Below, one piece after another: positions 51,841 through 62,064 of a DNA stretch of 64,000 nt. The stretch's first letter is position 1. Every line of letters begins with the position of its first letter. Origin of the DNA: Candidatus Latescibacterota bacterium (lineage in GTDB: Bacteria; Latescibacterota; UBA2968); contig OZ240241.1 of the NCBI GenBank assembly GCA_965198115.1, forward strand, positions 5,600,001-5,664,000. The letters run 5' to 3'. The notes beneath the pieces were generated by a model. It searched no databases, was not told the DNA's origin, and worked only from the letters and a program-made list of their open reading frames with translations. The position numbers were made by a program, and so were the translations under genes.

Positions 51841-52668
51841 CTACTTCGGCTTCCGATTCTCTTCCATCCAGTTCGCAGCGAAGTCAACAAGAGCCCGTTG
51901 GGGTAACAGTTGTGCTTCCACAGATGCCACCAGGCCGGTCAAAACGAGAGAGGGCTCTTGCTTCGCGAACGCCTCTCCGATGTCCTTGAAATCCCCTTCA
52001 TCTATCTTGATGTCCTCGAACTCCCGCCATTCCCGACGGTCCTCATGCATCACAGGCGCACCCCGAGTGGCGACAGATTTTCCATCGTAATTAGCGCGGT
52101 ACTCCGCCAAATGAAGTGACGTGTTGGAGTCGTGGCCAACCCCGAGCAGCAGAATCCAACCGTCCAGATCGTAAATCCGTCCCAGCGGCGAGTTGTCTCC
52201 CAGTCCGTAGCTGAGGGAATGCTCTTGTGTGATCAAGCCCTTCTTAGCACCCCAAGCTGCGAAGGAGAGCTCTGGATGGTAACTCCTCACGGTCGCCCTT
52301 TGCTTCCGGAAAGACTCAGGAATGACCCCCATCGACCTGGTTGGGGTCAGGTCTGTATCAAACGCGGGCATGGTCTGCCTGATTGAGTCCCACCAATGTT
52401 TGGGGACAGGCGGATTCTGCCATTCTGAAGGATCAGATAGATCGCCAGAGTGTGTAGGCATTACAAGCGTTCCGGAGGGCTCAAGCACCTTCTCAAGGGC
52501 CAGAATCACAGCTACCGGCCCGCCGCAAACCCATCCGAGCGAGCTAAGTGATGAATGAACGAGAAGTGTCATTCCACGTTTGACATCAAGTGCTCTCAGA
52601 TCGGACTCCAGGGAGGAAGCTGTCACTGGACCTTCCTTGGCCCTCTGAACAGCATCAGCCTCGCTCAT
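51841..52668 (-). CDS. AAC(3)/YokD-family N-acetyltransferase (Antibiotic_NAT)
   Basis: VHSSLSSLGWVCGG, GTLVMP, SYHP, SPLG, LLGV..SNTSLHLAE. Confidence 0.92.
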   Translation of the reverse strand: MSEADAVQRAKEGPVTASSLESDLRALDVKRGMTLLVHSSLSSLGWVCGGPVAVILALEKVLEPSGTLVMPTHSGDLSDPSEWQNPPVPKHWWDSIRQTMPAFDTDLTPTRSMGVIPESFRKQRATVRSYHPELSFAAWGAKKGLITQEHSLSYGLGDNSPLGRIYDLDGWILLLGVGHDSNTSLHLAEYRANYDGKSVATRGAPVMHEDRREWREFEDIKIDEGDFKDIGEAFAKQEPSLVLTGLVASVEAQLLPQRALVDFAANWMEENRKPK

Positions 52669-52723
52669 CTGTTGGTCCCTCCACCGATTCAAGTTTGGGG
52701 AAAGTGTACACCTCGACCTGCAT

Positions 52724-52812
52724 GGCAGTTAACGGTTCGCGCACCCACGAACTTGCCGCAGGCGAGTTGGGTCGAAGGCCATCAGGCCTGAGCCGTGAGT
52801 GCTGCTGTCGTA
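52724..52812 (-). other. attC-like site upstream of the aac(3)-like gene
   Basis: Homologous to 51726-51801 (CGGCTC..CCT..GGCCT..CCCAAC..GTTCG); ends GTTAACTGCC. Confidence 0.5.
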
Positions 52813-52825
52813 AGGTATTGACGTA

Positions 52826-53017
52826 ATGCAAGAGCGGGAGGTGTTTGTATCCCTTCACGCCGAGTTGGTTGCCGACGCCGCGGTAGCCGGCGACCGGGGT
52901 CTCGCTTTGCAAGCGTTAATGGTCGACGAGATGGCTATTCTACCGAAGAAAGCCGAAACGATGCTTGAGGAATTGCTCCTCGCATCCAGAGATCTTCTAC
53001 CCCAATTTTTTCAGTAG
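52826..53017 (+). pseudogene. C-terminal fragment of a GH4 glycoside hydrolase
   Basis: ELVADAAV.GDR.LALQAL..D....MLEELL.A.RDLLPQF. Confidence 0.65.
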
Positions 53018-53513
53018 CGAACGCCAGTCGGCCCCGGCGAGCAACACTTTGCTCATCGTCACCGATCACCGATCTTGCGGGGCCAACGTTTGAACACGAT
53101 GGAGCTCTCGAGATGACTTCACTCCAAAGACATTGGGACACCCATTCGGTATTCCACCGGTGTACGGGAAAAGACGTGATCGTCACCGAAAAGGGCGTCG
53201 TTCTGCGTCGGGGTCAGACCATCGCGGACGAGATCGGCAACTGCAACGTTCGTGACCAGGAACGCGTCGCTGGTCTCCGCGAGGCTCGAAAAGAATTCGC
53301 CATCCGGGAATTCGACACAGACCGAGCCACACTCTGCCCCTACCTGGACTGCGATCGGGACGATGGCGAACTCGACATTGTCGTCAACGGTCACCCCATT
53401 CGCCTAAAGTGGCGTGGAGACCGACCCTATTGGGAGGACCGATGGACTCCCGTCGAGATTCCCGTCGAACATCTTCGCGCGGGAACGAACGAATTTGTGT
53501 TTCAAGCTGTTGG

Positions 53514-53712
53514 GGATCTGGTCTTGGTTGATGCCGAGGTTGAAGTCGAAGTCGAAGCCCTCGATCGTCTTTTCACCGCGGAAGCCAGCCCGTCGCAGCC
53601 GCCTGGTGAACTTCTTGTTCTCGCGTCGTGCGACCTCATCCTGGATGAGGAGCGCCAGGAACTCTGAGTAGGCGAGTTTTTTCTTGATCGCCTCCTGGTT
53701 TCTGTTGGAGGG
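53514..53712 (-). pseudogene. Second istB fragment, an inverted copy overlapping 48181-48319
   Basis: About 135 bp apparently identical to the reverse complement of 48183-48319, plus extra upstream codons (QEAIKKKLAYSEFL). Confidence 0.8.
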
Positions 53713-53741
53713 CGCCTCCCCTCGCTCGCGCGGGGAGGCGC

Positions 53742-53960
53742 CTAAATATGCGCGATTGTCTCCTCCAGGTCGGCGTATTCGGTGAGTCCCTTTCCTGCGC
53801 GAGCCTGCCGTAGCGCGGCGAGGGTCTCGGCATTGGGCACCTTTACCGCGAACGGTAACCCGTGATGCAGGGTGACCTGTCGATAAAACAGCGTGATCGC
53901 CTCGGTGGGCGATAGCCCGAGCCCCGCGAAAACCTCTTCGGCTTGGCACTCCGGTTCGTC
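53742..53960 (-). pseudogene. RelB/DinJ antitoxin fragment
   Basis: AEEVFAGLGLS.TEAITLFYRQV..HHGLPF.V..PNAET; no native N-terminus and no toxin gene. Confidence 0.75.
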
Positions 53961-54033
53961 ACCAATCAAATCGATACTGCAACACGGTTTCGCAACGTCT
54001 AAACCCTTGAAAGCCCGTCGGTCAACGGGCTTT

Positions 54034-55308
54034 CTATTCCCGCTCTGGCATGAGCAGGAACTCGGGGTAGGCGTCGATGCCCAGCTCTGCCACGTCTTGT
54101 CCCATCTCCTCGACCCTGGGGGACACGCGCACACCCATCGTCTTCTCCAGGGCCAGCCACGTCAGCCACGAGGTCGCGAACGCGAACGCGCCGACCGAGA
54201 CCATGCCGAGAAACTGCACGCCAATATCAGCGCCGGCCGCGATGGCCGTGGCCAGCGTACCCCAGGCGCCCGCGAACAGGTGCGCGGGCACCGCCCCGAC
54301 GACGTCGTCGATCTTCAGCCGCTCCAGCAGCTTGAGCCCCGCGGTGCAGAGGACGGCGCCGACGGCGCCAATCACGATAGCCCAGTAGTGGCTAGTGATG
54401 TCGGGTCCGGCGGTGATCGAGACCAGCCCGGCGATGGCGCCGTTCAGGCCGGCGAGCAGGTCGATCCGCCCGAGGATCGGCCGCGAGACCGCGATGGCCG
54501 CGATAACGCCGGCCGCCCCGGCCAGGTTGGTGTTGACCAGCACGTGGCTCATCGCCAGCACGTCGGCGGCGCTCCCGAGGGCGAGCTGCGACCCGCCGTT
54601 GAAGCCGAACCAGCCTAACCAGAGGATGAACACCCCCAGCGTCACCATCGGCACGTTAGACGGCGGCGTGCTCGTGACGCTGCCGTCGTCGCGGAACTTG
54701 TTGTGCCGGGGGCCGACGATGAACGCTCCGGCCAGCGCGGCCGCGCCGCCGGTGGCGTGCACGATAGTCGAGCCGGCGAAGTCCTGGAAGCCCATCTGGT
54801 TCAGCCAGCCGCCGCCCCACGTCCAGGCACCGACGATCGGGTAGATGAACGCGGTCAGCACCAGGGTGAAGACGAAGAACGACCAGAGCTTGACCCGTTC
54901 GGCCAGCGCCCCGGAAACGATGGACCCGGCAGTCGCCACGAAGACCATCTGGAAGAACCAGTCGGACATGACGGCGTAGTCGGTGGCGATCACCGCCTCA
55001 CGCGCCCCCTCGGCGCCAGCCAGCAGCGCCAGCTCGTCGGCCGACGGGGTGCGCAGCAGGGTGAACGAGCCGAGGACGCTGCCCACGTCGACGTACATCA
55101 GGTTGTAGCCGATCACGTAGTAGGCGATTCCCGCGATGGCGTACAGGCCGATGTTCTTCAGGCAGATGACCGAGACGTTCTTGGTGCGCACCGAGCCGGC
55201 CTCCAGCATGGTGAAGCCGGCCGCCATCCACATCACCAGCGCGCCGCACAGCAGGAACGAAAACGTGTTGAAGATGAACCGCAACTCGCCACTCGACAAC
55301 TCGCTCAT
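54034..55308 (-). CDS. amt: Ammonium transporter
   Basis: FQMVF, ERVK, DFAGS.IVH, WLGWFGFNGGS, DDVVGAVPAH (twin His); GGAGG RBS. Confidence 0.96.
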   Translation of the reverse strand: MSELSSGELRFIFNTFSFLLCGALVMWMAAGFTMLEAGSVRTKNVSVICLKNIGLYAIAGIAYYVIGYNLMYVDVGSVLGSFTLLRTPSADELALLAGAEGAREAVIATDYAVMSDWFFQMVFVATAGSIVSGALAERVKLWSFFVFTLVLTAFIYPIVGAWTWGGGWLNQMGFQDFAGSTIVHATGGAAALAGAFIVGPRHNKFRDDGSVTSTPPSNVPMVTLGVFILWLGWFGFNGGSQLALGSAADVLAMSHVLVNTNLAGAAGVIAAIAVSRPILGRIDLLAGLNGAIAGLVSITAGPDITSHYWAIVIGAVGAVLCTAGLKLLERLKIDDVVGAVPAHLFAGAWGTLATAIAAGADIGVQFLGMVSVGAFAFATSWLTWLALEKTMGVRVSPRVEEMGQDVAELGIDAYPEFLLMPERE

Positions 55309-55399
55309 GTGTCACCTCCGCGATCGCCGGCCGCGCGCCGGCACCATGGGTTCGGCGAACGACACGGGACGCGTGGTTCGCCCAGGCAGCACTATAGCG

Positions 55400-55556
55400 T
55401 GCGCACGCAGCTGTCGAGTCCCGGGCGGTCGTCGCGTTACGCTGGACGCGAAAGTCGTGGTAGACGTTGCCGGCATCGACGCCCTCGACCTGCAACGCGT
55501 CACGCTGCAAGTCCAGCGACTGTGAGCCGTCCGCCTTCGAGACGCGGGCGTCGCCG
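55400..55556 (-). pseudogene. Serine recombinase (resolvase) N-terminal fragment
   Basis: Manual translation ARVSKADGSQSLDLQRDALQ..GVDAGNVYHDF, then after frameshifting RDDRPGLDSCVR. Confidence 0.7.
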
Positions 55557-55886
55557 TGTGTCGTATCCCGTGTCTAATTCTCTGTCTTGCAGACGTCTGG
55601 CGCGTGGGCCAGTGCCATCAAGCGCCGCAGAAGGTCGCCGCCGAGTTGTTCCGGAACTTATGCAAGACGGGCTGGGAAGGACTGGTCTCCAGGAGATCGA
55701 AGAACGTCAGCCGCGTGATATCGCGCCAGTCGGCCGAGTTGTAGGACGCAGTTAAGGCGTTCTGGTCAATTGGCATAATGACTTAGCCGAACGAAGACTC
55801 ATCGTTCTTTACGCTCGCCTTTAATTTCGGGACGGTTAATCGAGGCAGACACGGACAGTGGCTCCAGAGTGCCATCGCCGGTGGCA

Positions 55887-56702
55887 TCACGTCTTCAACC
55901 GCTTCACCGCTCCGTGGAGTTCGTCTTGAGCCTTCAGCACGTTCGCAATGTTCTCCAGCAAGGCGGTTAGAACTACCCGGATGTCTGCCGCTTGCTGAAG
56001 GCACTCCTCATCCGTCAGTTCATGTAGCTGCCTACTGAGTGGCTGATACAGCAACGTTAGCGGGTTTTCGCCATCCAGGATCAGCAACTTTTCCGGGATT
56101 GCGTCCTTCAGCATCCGCACAGCTCTCGAGAACTGTGTTTCCTTGAGGGCAGCGTCGTACAGCTCTAGATCCTTTGCGCCCAATTGCGCGGCAGCTTGAC
56201 GGATTTCTGTCACGAGCCGCTGCCATTGCTCCTCTACAATGCGTCGGAAATATGTGGCGGCACCAATGCCAAGGCCCTGAGCCTCCGCGCGGGATCCTTT
56301 TCGGTAGAGCTCCAGGTCCGATTCAGAAAGCAGCTTCTGAATCTTTGAGGAGATGGGCGCTGAAAACGGCGGATACTCTCCTAGTTTCATCGCCTCGACG
56401 TCAGCGCCATTCCTACCGACCAAGACTGCGAACGTCTTCAAGGTGGTCTGACAGTCGCGACATTGATACTTGATGAACGTGTAGTTCAAAGTGGATGAGA
56501 CATCGACGTCCCCGGACGTGGGGTCGAATCTTCTAGACCCGTCGTCGTGCTCGCAGTGCAGTTGGAGTTGTGGGGGATCGAATTGCCACCAACCTTGTAA
56601 ACGCTGAGACGCCTCAGCCAATCCCTGAATCCTCACTGCAGTATTCGGGGGCGTGGTCTCCAAGAACAACTTCCATGCAGCGAGGGCTTCCGAGGTGCTC
56701 AT
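55887..56702 (-). CDS. Hypothetical protein with an N-terminal Zn ribbon and a DUF4145/HEPN-like helical domain
   Basis: CEHD / CRDC; LYRKG...GIGAATYFRRIVE pattern. Confidence 0.6.
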   Translation of the reverse strand: MSTSEALAAWKLFLETTPPNTAVRIQGLAEASQRLQGWWQFDPPQLQLHCEHDDGSRRFDPTSGDVDVSSTLNYTFIKYQCRDCQTTLKTFAVLVGRNGADVEAMKLGEYPPFSAPISSKIQKLLSESDLELYRKGSRAEAQGLGIGAATYFRRIVEEQWQRLVTEIRQAAAQLGAKDLELYDAALKETQFSRAVRMLKDAIPEKLLILDGENPLTLLYQPLSRQLHELTDEECLQQAADIRVVLTALLENIANVLKAQDELHGAVKRLKT

Positions 56703-56832
56703 CTGCTCTCCGCGCGGCCAGATTCTCCATCAATCACCGTACCGTCCAGGTCGGCGCTTGTCCCCAAACAGATATTGATCGGTGACTGGAGCACGAGGAA
56801 AAAGGGGGGGCGGGCCGTGTGGACGGGCCGAA

Positions 56833-57000
56833 AGGGGAGAAGTTCTTCAACGAAATCATCCAGCACCCGGTGCCGCTCGACATTGAACACCCTCACGGCC
56901 CTCAAAGATTCTCTGGGACTCGACCTGTACCTATGGCTCACCTACCGCGCTCCGCTGCGGCTCTCCTGGCGTCAGTTTGGCTTGTACCCGGACAAAGCCG
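56833..57000 (+). pseudogene. C-terminal fragment of a RepA-type replication protein, frameshifted
   Basis: GEKFFNEIIQHPVPLD / NTLTALK.SLGLDLYLWLTYR..LRLSW across two frames. Confidence 0.65.
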
Positions 57001-57309
57001 GCCATACTTCATCTTTCCTCAGGCAATCGACCCGGATTACTTAGCCAACGCCACGCAGAAGAAACCAATCTTGAACGGAAACTTTGGTGACGCTCCCTGA
57101 GATCAAGACCAGCCGCCGCATCCTCCCAGTTTCAATATAGTCATGCATCCCCAGGCTTTCATACGGCCCTTTTAAGCTCTTCTCGCCCCGAAAGGGCACC
57201 CACACTACTTTCAACCTCAAAGCCTCTTTAAAAGGCCTTGGAACAGAAACAGATTGCGGAGGCGCTTGTCACGCGCGAACCGGAACGCTCGAATGCCCTG
57301 CAGACCAGG

Positions 57310-57504
57310 CAATTCTGCTGCACAACAGGACGCTGCACACCTCCGCTGTCAACCCGACCGACAAGCCCCGCCGCGCCATCAGCGTCAGCTACCTGGACGG
57401 CCGGACGAGAAGGCAATCAGGGGAAGGCGTTTTCGCTGATTTTCGGCCAGGGGGCACTGCAACCGGAAATGGTGGGCGAAGAAGCATCCGGCACCCCGCA
57501 GTAG
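57310..57504 (+). pseudogene. PhyH-family dioxygenase C-terminal fragment
   Basis: ILLHNRTLHTS.VN.T.KPRRAISVSY read in an alternative frame. Confidence 0.55.
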
Positions 57505-57542
57505 TCATCCCATTTTGCATTTTAACTTCTGCATTTTGCATT

Positions 57543-58136
57543 TCAGAGGGCATCTGCTGCCCACTCGTGATCGGGCGGGATGGTCCACGTTTCCGAGAGT
57601 GCCAGACAGCAGCTGGTACCCTCTTTGCCGAACAGATCCCGGGGCAGAACCTGTCCGGGAACCGTTTCGCCGTTGATCGTCATTTGGGCACGCCTTGCCG
57701 GGATCAACAGGCTGTAGACGCCGTGCGGCTGGTCCGGATTCTCGCCTGGCTGGTTGGCGACCTGGACCGGCTCCATGAAGTCGTACCAGGATAGGGCAAT
57801 GTGCTCATCCCTCGACACGATGTATTCCACCCAGGAAGTCAGCGTGTCGCCCTTCTTGGTGAATCTGGCCTCGATGATGGGAACGTCACCCGAGTAGGTG
57901 TCCCGCATCGAAGCCTGGATACCTTCCTGGAGCCAGCGCGCAAGGGCGAAGTTGTCGGAATAGATCCGAGGTTCGGTGTTGGACAAAACGCTCTTTGCGA
58001 AGAGGACGTGGCCGGTTCCCCTGGAGGATGCCATGATCCGCCAGTGGCTGTTCTCGGCCGTCGGATCGGCGGACTCTCCGATACGCAGAAATGAATTCTC
58101 GCCAGTTAGACGGATCTTGTTAGGGTCTGCTCCCAT
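57543..58136 (-). CDS. Hypothetical protein
   Basis: 197-aa ORF with strong AGGAGGAGG RBS and normal composition. Confidence 0.7.
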   Translation of the reverse strand: MGADPNKIRLTGENSFLRIGESADPTAENSHWRIMASSRGTGHVLFAKSVLSNTEPRIYSDNFALARWLQEGIQASMRDTYSGDVPIIEARFTKKGDTLTSWVEYIVSRDEHIALSWYDFMEPVQVANQPGENPDQPHGVYSLLIPARRAQMTINGETVPGQVLPRDLFGKEGTSCCLALSETWTIPPDHEWAADAL

Positions 58137-58269
58137 TTTTCCTCCTCCTGGTCTGTCTCTTGAGCTACCAGAGTAATGTCCTTCCTTTGTCAGCGAAAGA
58201 ACCTCGAGATTCTTTCGCGCAACGTGTTACGGTGCCGTCCGAGCACAATCAAATATATCCGGAAGATGT

Positions 58270-59646
58270 GAGTTCAGGTCAATAGGTGTGTAAAAGAAAT
58301 CAGGCGGCCATCTTCCCGGCTTCGACCTGCGGTTCGGTTGAGTGTTTCTGATCGTAGACTTGTTGTAGCAAGTGTGGCGCGGTGAGTTTCCTGAATCGGC
58401 TCTCTGCGACCTTGAGCGTACGCCAGATGAGAGTCGTGGCGTTCCTGACTTTCTTGAATCGCCTGGCGGCGTTTGTGCGAAGCCGAACGGAAGCAAAGGG
58501 GCTCTCGACGACGTTCGTGGTTCTCAGGTGTTTCCAGTGTTCCTTCGGGAAGTCGTAGAACGTGACCATCCGATCCCAGTTTCTTTCGAGCGTCTCCACG
58601 GCGGCAGGGAACTGTGAGCGATACCGTGCGGCAAAGCGTTTCCGGAGCTTCTCGGCCTCCTTTTTCGTGCCGGCATAGGGGATCTGGACGAGCAGTGCGC
58701 GGGCTTCAGCCTGTGCACGCTTGGCGACCTTGTCGAGCACGTTGAGGATCTTGTGGTTCCAGCACCGTTGTTGCCGGCTCTCTGGCCAGACCTGATCAAC
58801 GGCCGCCCAGATGCCCATATTCCCGTCCGCTGCGATCAGGACAGGATGTTCGAGCCCGCGATCCCGGAGATCCCGGAGCACCGTGAGCCAGGATTCTGTA
58901 GACTCTCGATAACCGGGTTCTATCGCCAGGATCTCCTTGCTGCCGTCGCTCATCGCGCCGATCACGACCAGCAGACACGCCTTCTCGCGCTCGAGCCCGG
59001 CTTTGACGTAGATGCCATCAGCCCAGGCGTAGACCAGTTCGCGATTATCCAGACGCCTTTCTTTCCAGTCCTGGAAGTCGACCTCCCACTTCCCTCGAAG
59101 ACGAGCGATCGAGGTCGGCGAAAGCGGCGCGCCATCACCGAGCAGCGCACGCAAAGACAACTCGAAGTCGCCCTGGGAGAGACCGTGGAGATAAAGGTCG
59201 GGAAGCAGATCTCCAATGGCCCTGGTTCTCCGGGCGAACAGGGGGAGGATGCGGCTTTCAAACCGCTCTTCCAGACCACGAACCCGGGGACGCCGGACCT
59301 TGATCGTTCCGCAGCTCGTCGAGAGACGCCGGGGCTTGCCGTAGCCGTTCCTGTAGCCCCTGGAGCTATCGACCTCGGCTCGGCGCTCATACCACGACCG
59401 GCCCAAGAACGCGGTCGCCTCCTCCTCCAGAATGGACTGGAACCGGCCCTGGATCTCTTCACGGATCCAATCGTCAACCGTCTCCCACGTCGGCATGGAC
59501 TTCAATGGGGCTCTATGCGTATGTTCCTTCACGGCGATCCTCCTTCCCAACCGGGCCTCTCACCCGGTTTTGTGTGAATCAACTATCTCACGGGAAGGGT
59601 AGGGTCGCCCTTTCTCTTTTTCCACACCTTTTGATTATAGCTCTCC
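58270..59646 (-). mobile_element. IS256-family insertion sequence
   Basis: Imperfect IRs GAGTTCAGGTCAATAGGTGTGTAAAA / GAGCTATAATCAAAAGGTGTGGAAAA; flanked by a GATGT duplication. Confidence 0.85.
58300..59550 (-). CDS. IS256 (mutator-type) transposase
   Basis: YRNGY, WADGIY, ADG, QRCWNHK, LRTTNVVES. Confidence 0.95.
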   Translation of the reverse strand: MGRRIAVKEHTHRAPLKSMPTWETVDDWIREEIQGRFQSILEEEATAFLGRSWYERRAEVDSSRGYRNGYGKPRRLSTSCGTIKVRRPRVRGLEERFESRILPLFARRTRAIGDLLPDLYLHGLSQGDFELSLRALLGDGAPLSPTSIARLRGKWEVDFQDWKERRLDNRELVYAWADGIYVKAGLEREKACLLVVIGAMSDGSKEILAIEPGYRESTESWLTVLRDLRDRGLEHPVLIAADGNMGIWAAVDQVWPESRQQRCWNHKILNVLDKVAKRAQAEARALLVQIPYAGTKKEAEKLRKRFAARYRSQFPAAVETLERNWDRMVTFYDFPKEHWKHLRTTNVVESPFASVRLRTNAARRFKKVRNATTLIWRTLKVAESRFRKLTAPHLLQQVYDQKHSTEPQVEAGKMAA

Positions 59647-60504
59647 GATGTCAGTATATGCGACATGTCGCTGAGACGATCGAGCACGTGATCGGGGTAC
59701 ATCGACATGCGCTGGTGTGGCAGGTTGTCGCGGTTGATGGAGGGCATATAGCAGAAAAGACGGACCGGCGAACCGTGTTGTTGGTCACGGCATAGGCACC
59801 GTGTGTCATGCCCTCGCTGAAAATGATGACATCCCCGGGCTCCGCAAGTACCGGCACAGCCATTGGATTCTTCGCGGGATCTGTCTTGTCGAAGGGACAG
59901 GCGAAATTCGCCTTGTGGCTGCCCGGTACAGCTCCGAATGGCCCGTTTTCGACTTCTGACATATCTGAAAGGATGACAACGCTTTTTGTGCTGGAGCAAT
60001 TGAAGCGTTGATTCGCCTGATCGTAAGCGTAGTAGATGTGTCTGTCGGAGGGTGAGCCGCCGTTGTGGAGGCCTCCGGGGGGAGCAGGCCCGATCTTCTC
60101 GATGTAGTAGGTGGCGGAGATGAATAGGGTGCTCCAGGCGAGGGCTGAGTGAATGTCCTCGAGGATGGGATCGCGCACAATGACGTCGAATTTATCCGTG
60201 CCGCAGATCGCGTGTTCAACTTTCCAGACGCCTCCCGTCTCCCGGCTGGCTTCCGGGTGTTTGCCGTTCCAGAAATCGTGTGCCGGATCTTCCATCGCTG
60301 ATGCCAGGAGTAGCTGGCGACGCCTATCTTCCTGTAGATATCGTAGTCGACGGGAATGGCCTGCAGTTCGTTGATGCCTTCGTGCAGTTGGGCCACGGTG
60401 TCTGCATCGTAGTGCTTCCTCAGGACGATATAGCCGTTGACGTCGAACTCGTACTGCTGTTCAGGGGACAGCTTATGCGTTGGATCAGGAATGATAGGCG
60501 GCAT
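59647..60504 (-). pseudogene. Phytanoyl-CoA dioxygenase (PhyH) family gene with two frameshifts and IS256 in its 3' end
   Basis: YEFDVNGYIVL, GGLH, GPF..VPGSHK, PGDVIIFSE..THG, RRS; frameshifts at ~60310 and ~59757. Confidence 0.8.
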
Positions 60505-61084
60505 GCTTTACATCTTTCAGAGAGGGAGGGCCGGTAACGGTGGCGTCAAAGCTCATCGCGCGATTCTCGATGATCGGACGGTGGCAAGATAGCTCGCCTC
60601 ATGGTACGCAACAATGGCGTTGTGAACACGCTGCCGAACGCCCAACAAAGATCCCGTCAATCTCGAGTCGATGGGATTTTCCAGATCCCGCCTAATCCCC
60701 TCTGGCAGTCACGCCTGCCCCCGCCCGGCCTGTCCGGAGCCTGCCTCGCCGAGCGCCTCTACGATCAGGACCTGGGCGACTTTCAGGCCGGAGGCGGAAG
60801 GACGGATACAAGCTGATGCCCGCCGTCGTTCAGGGCGGCGTTCGGCGAAGACGATCTCTTGCGACCCTCAGGAGATGCGCGTGCAGCTGAAGAACCGTCT
60901 GGCGCGCGGGCTCCGTTCACCGACGGCGAGGGCTGCTGTCGGATGCGAAGGACGTGTTTGCGCCGGCGAACCTACCATGGCCGAGCGTCGTCGGGAGTGG
61001 CAATCGACGCGGATTGCAATCTTGTCTGAGGCTGGCCGGGACCAGATGTGCCGGATCGGGGAATCCTCCTCGCTGGGGCGCTGG

Positions 61085-61189
61085 ACTCTGGTCAAGCGCA
61101 CTCTGCGCAGGCACGGCTACCCGCCGGACAAGCAGGAGAAAGCGACCCGCACGGTGCTCGAACAGGCCGAGGTGTTGTCCGCCGACTAG
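61085..61189 (+). pseudogene. Extreme C-terminus of a type I restriction subunit HsdR (DUF3387-like)
   Basis: [29 protein letters not shown]. Confidence 0.75.
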
Positions 61190-61349
61190 GCGACGTGACT
61201 TCCTCATGTTCCAGTCGTCGATATTGCCTAGATAGCCAAATATATGATTCCCGAAAAATCATACGTTAAGGAGTTTGGGGACGTAGGAAGGCGTCGGGTT
61301 GAGGTAGGGTCACCTCACGAAACGGGAAAAATCGTACGCTAAGGCCCAT

Positions 61350-61955
61350 TCACTCTCGCGCTCTTCTTGTTTGGTAGTCTCGTAGCGCCTTCTCATAACC
61401 TTCACGACTGATTTTGTCGGCCCGTGTCGTGTCTTCCAACGCCTTGGCCGTCATCTCGTCTGCGGTCCCGCCGGGGTTCAGGGCCGAGTCCAGCCGAAGC
61501 TCGATCCGTCCACGCATTATCATTGGTAAGAAGCCGGTGCGTACCAGAACCGCCCCTTCAAGACGCAGGTGGCCCTCCCGTACCCCGACCATAATCCGTT
61601 GGAGCGCGTACTCCCGGCCGTCAATTTGGATAAAGTGATTGGGACCCGGTGCCGAGTGGAGCGCGTCGAGTCGCACGCCCGTGGATACATCCCGCGGCAC
61701 CGCAAAGTAGTGACTGGCAGTCCCTTCGACGCGGCGGTCCCTGCCGGTGACGAAGACCTGAATGATCGACTCCCCGGACCTCGTCGTCGCGGGACCGGCT
61801 CCCGGGTTCACCCGCGCTATCGCGTACAACGTACGGTCACCCGGCCCTGCCGACGGATATACGCCGGCGATGTCGCCGGGCCGCGGCTCTGCCTGGACGG
61901 CGTTCGTCAATAGCCATCCCACCATCAATGCAGTAAAGGCGCGGCTGCCGATCAT
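61350..61955 (-). CDS. Hypothetical secreted protein
   Basis: MIGSRAFTALMVGWLLTNAVQA signal peptide after an AAGGAG RBS. Confidence 0.55.
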   Translation of the reverse strand: MIGSRAFTALMVGWLLTNAVQAEPRPGDIAGVYPSAGPGDRTLYAIARVNPGAGPATTRSGESIIQVFVTGRDRRVEGTASHYFAVPRDVSTGVRLDALHSAPGPNHFIQIDGREYALQRIMVGVREGHLRLEGAVLVRTGFLPMIMRGRIELRLDSALNPGGTADEMTAKALEDTTRADKISREGYEKALRDYQTRRARE

Positions 61956-62064
61956 TGCGATCGTCTCCTTCTTCAACGTCTCCAGCCTCCCTGGATGGGC
62001 GTCCTTCTCGAACCTGGACACAACTCAACTTGGCGTTCCGGGTTCTGGTCGAAGCTGCTCACCC

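Noticed and set aside
51841-52668. Calling this a proven aminoglycoside resistance gene
   Set aside because: The family includes YokD-like proteins of unclear substrate; sequence alone cannot establish resistance.
53113-53667. 184-aa ORF as a real gene
   Set aside because: Chimeric: its last ~50 aa are the antisense of the istB fragment; only the front part may be a gene remnant.
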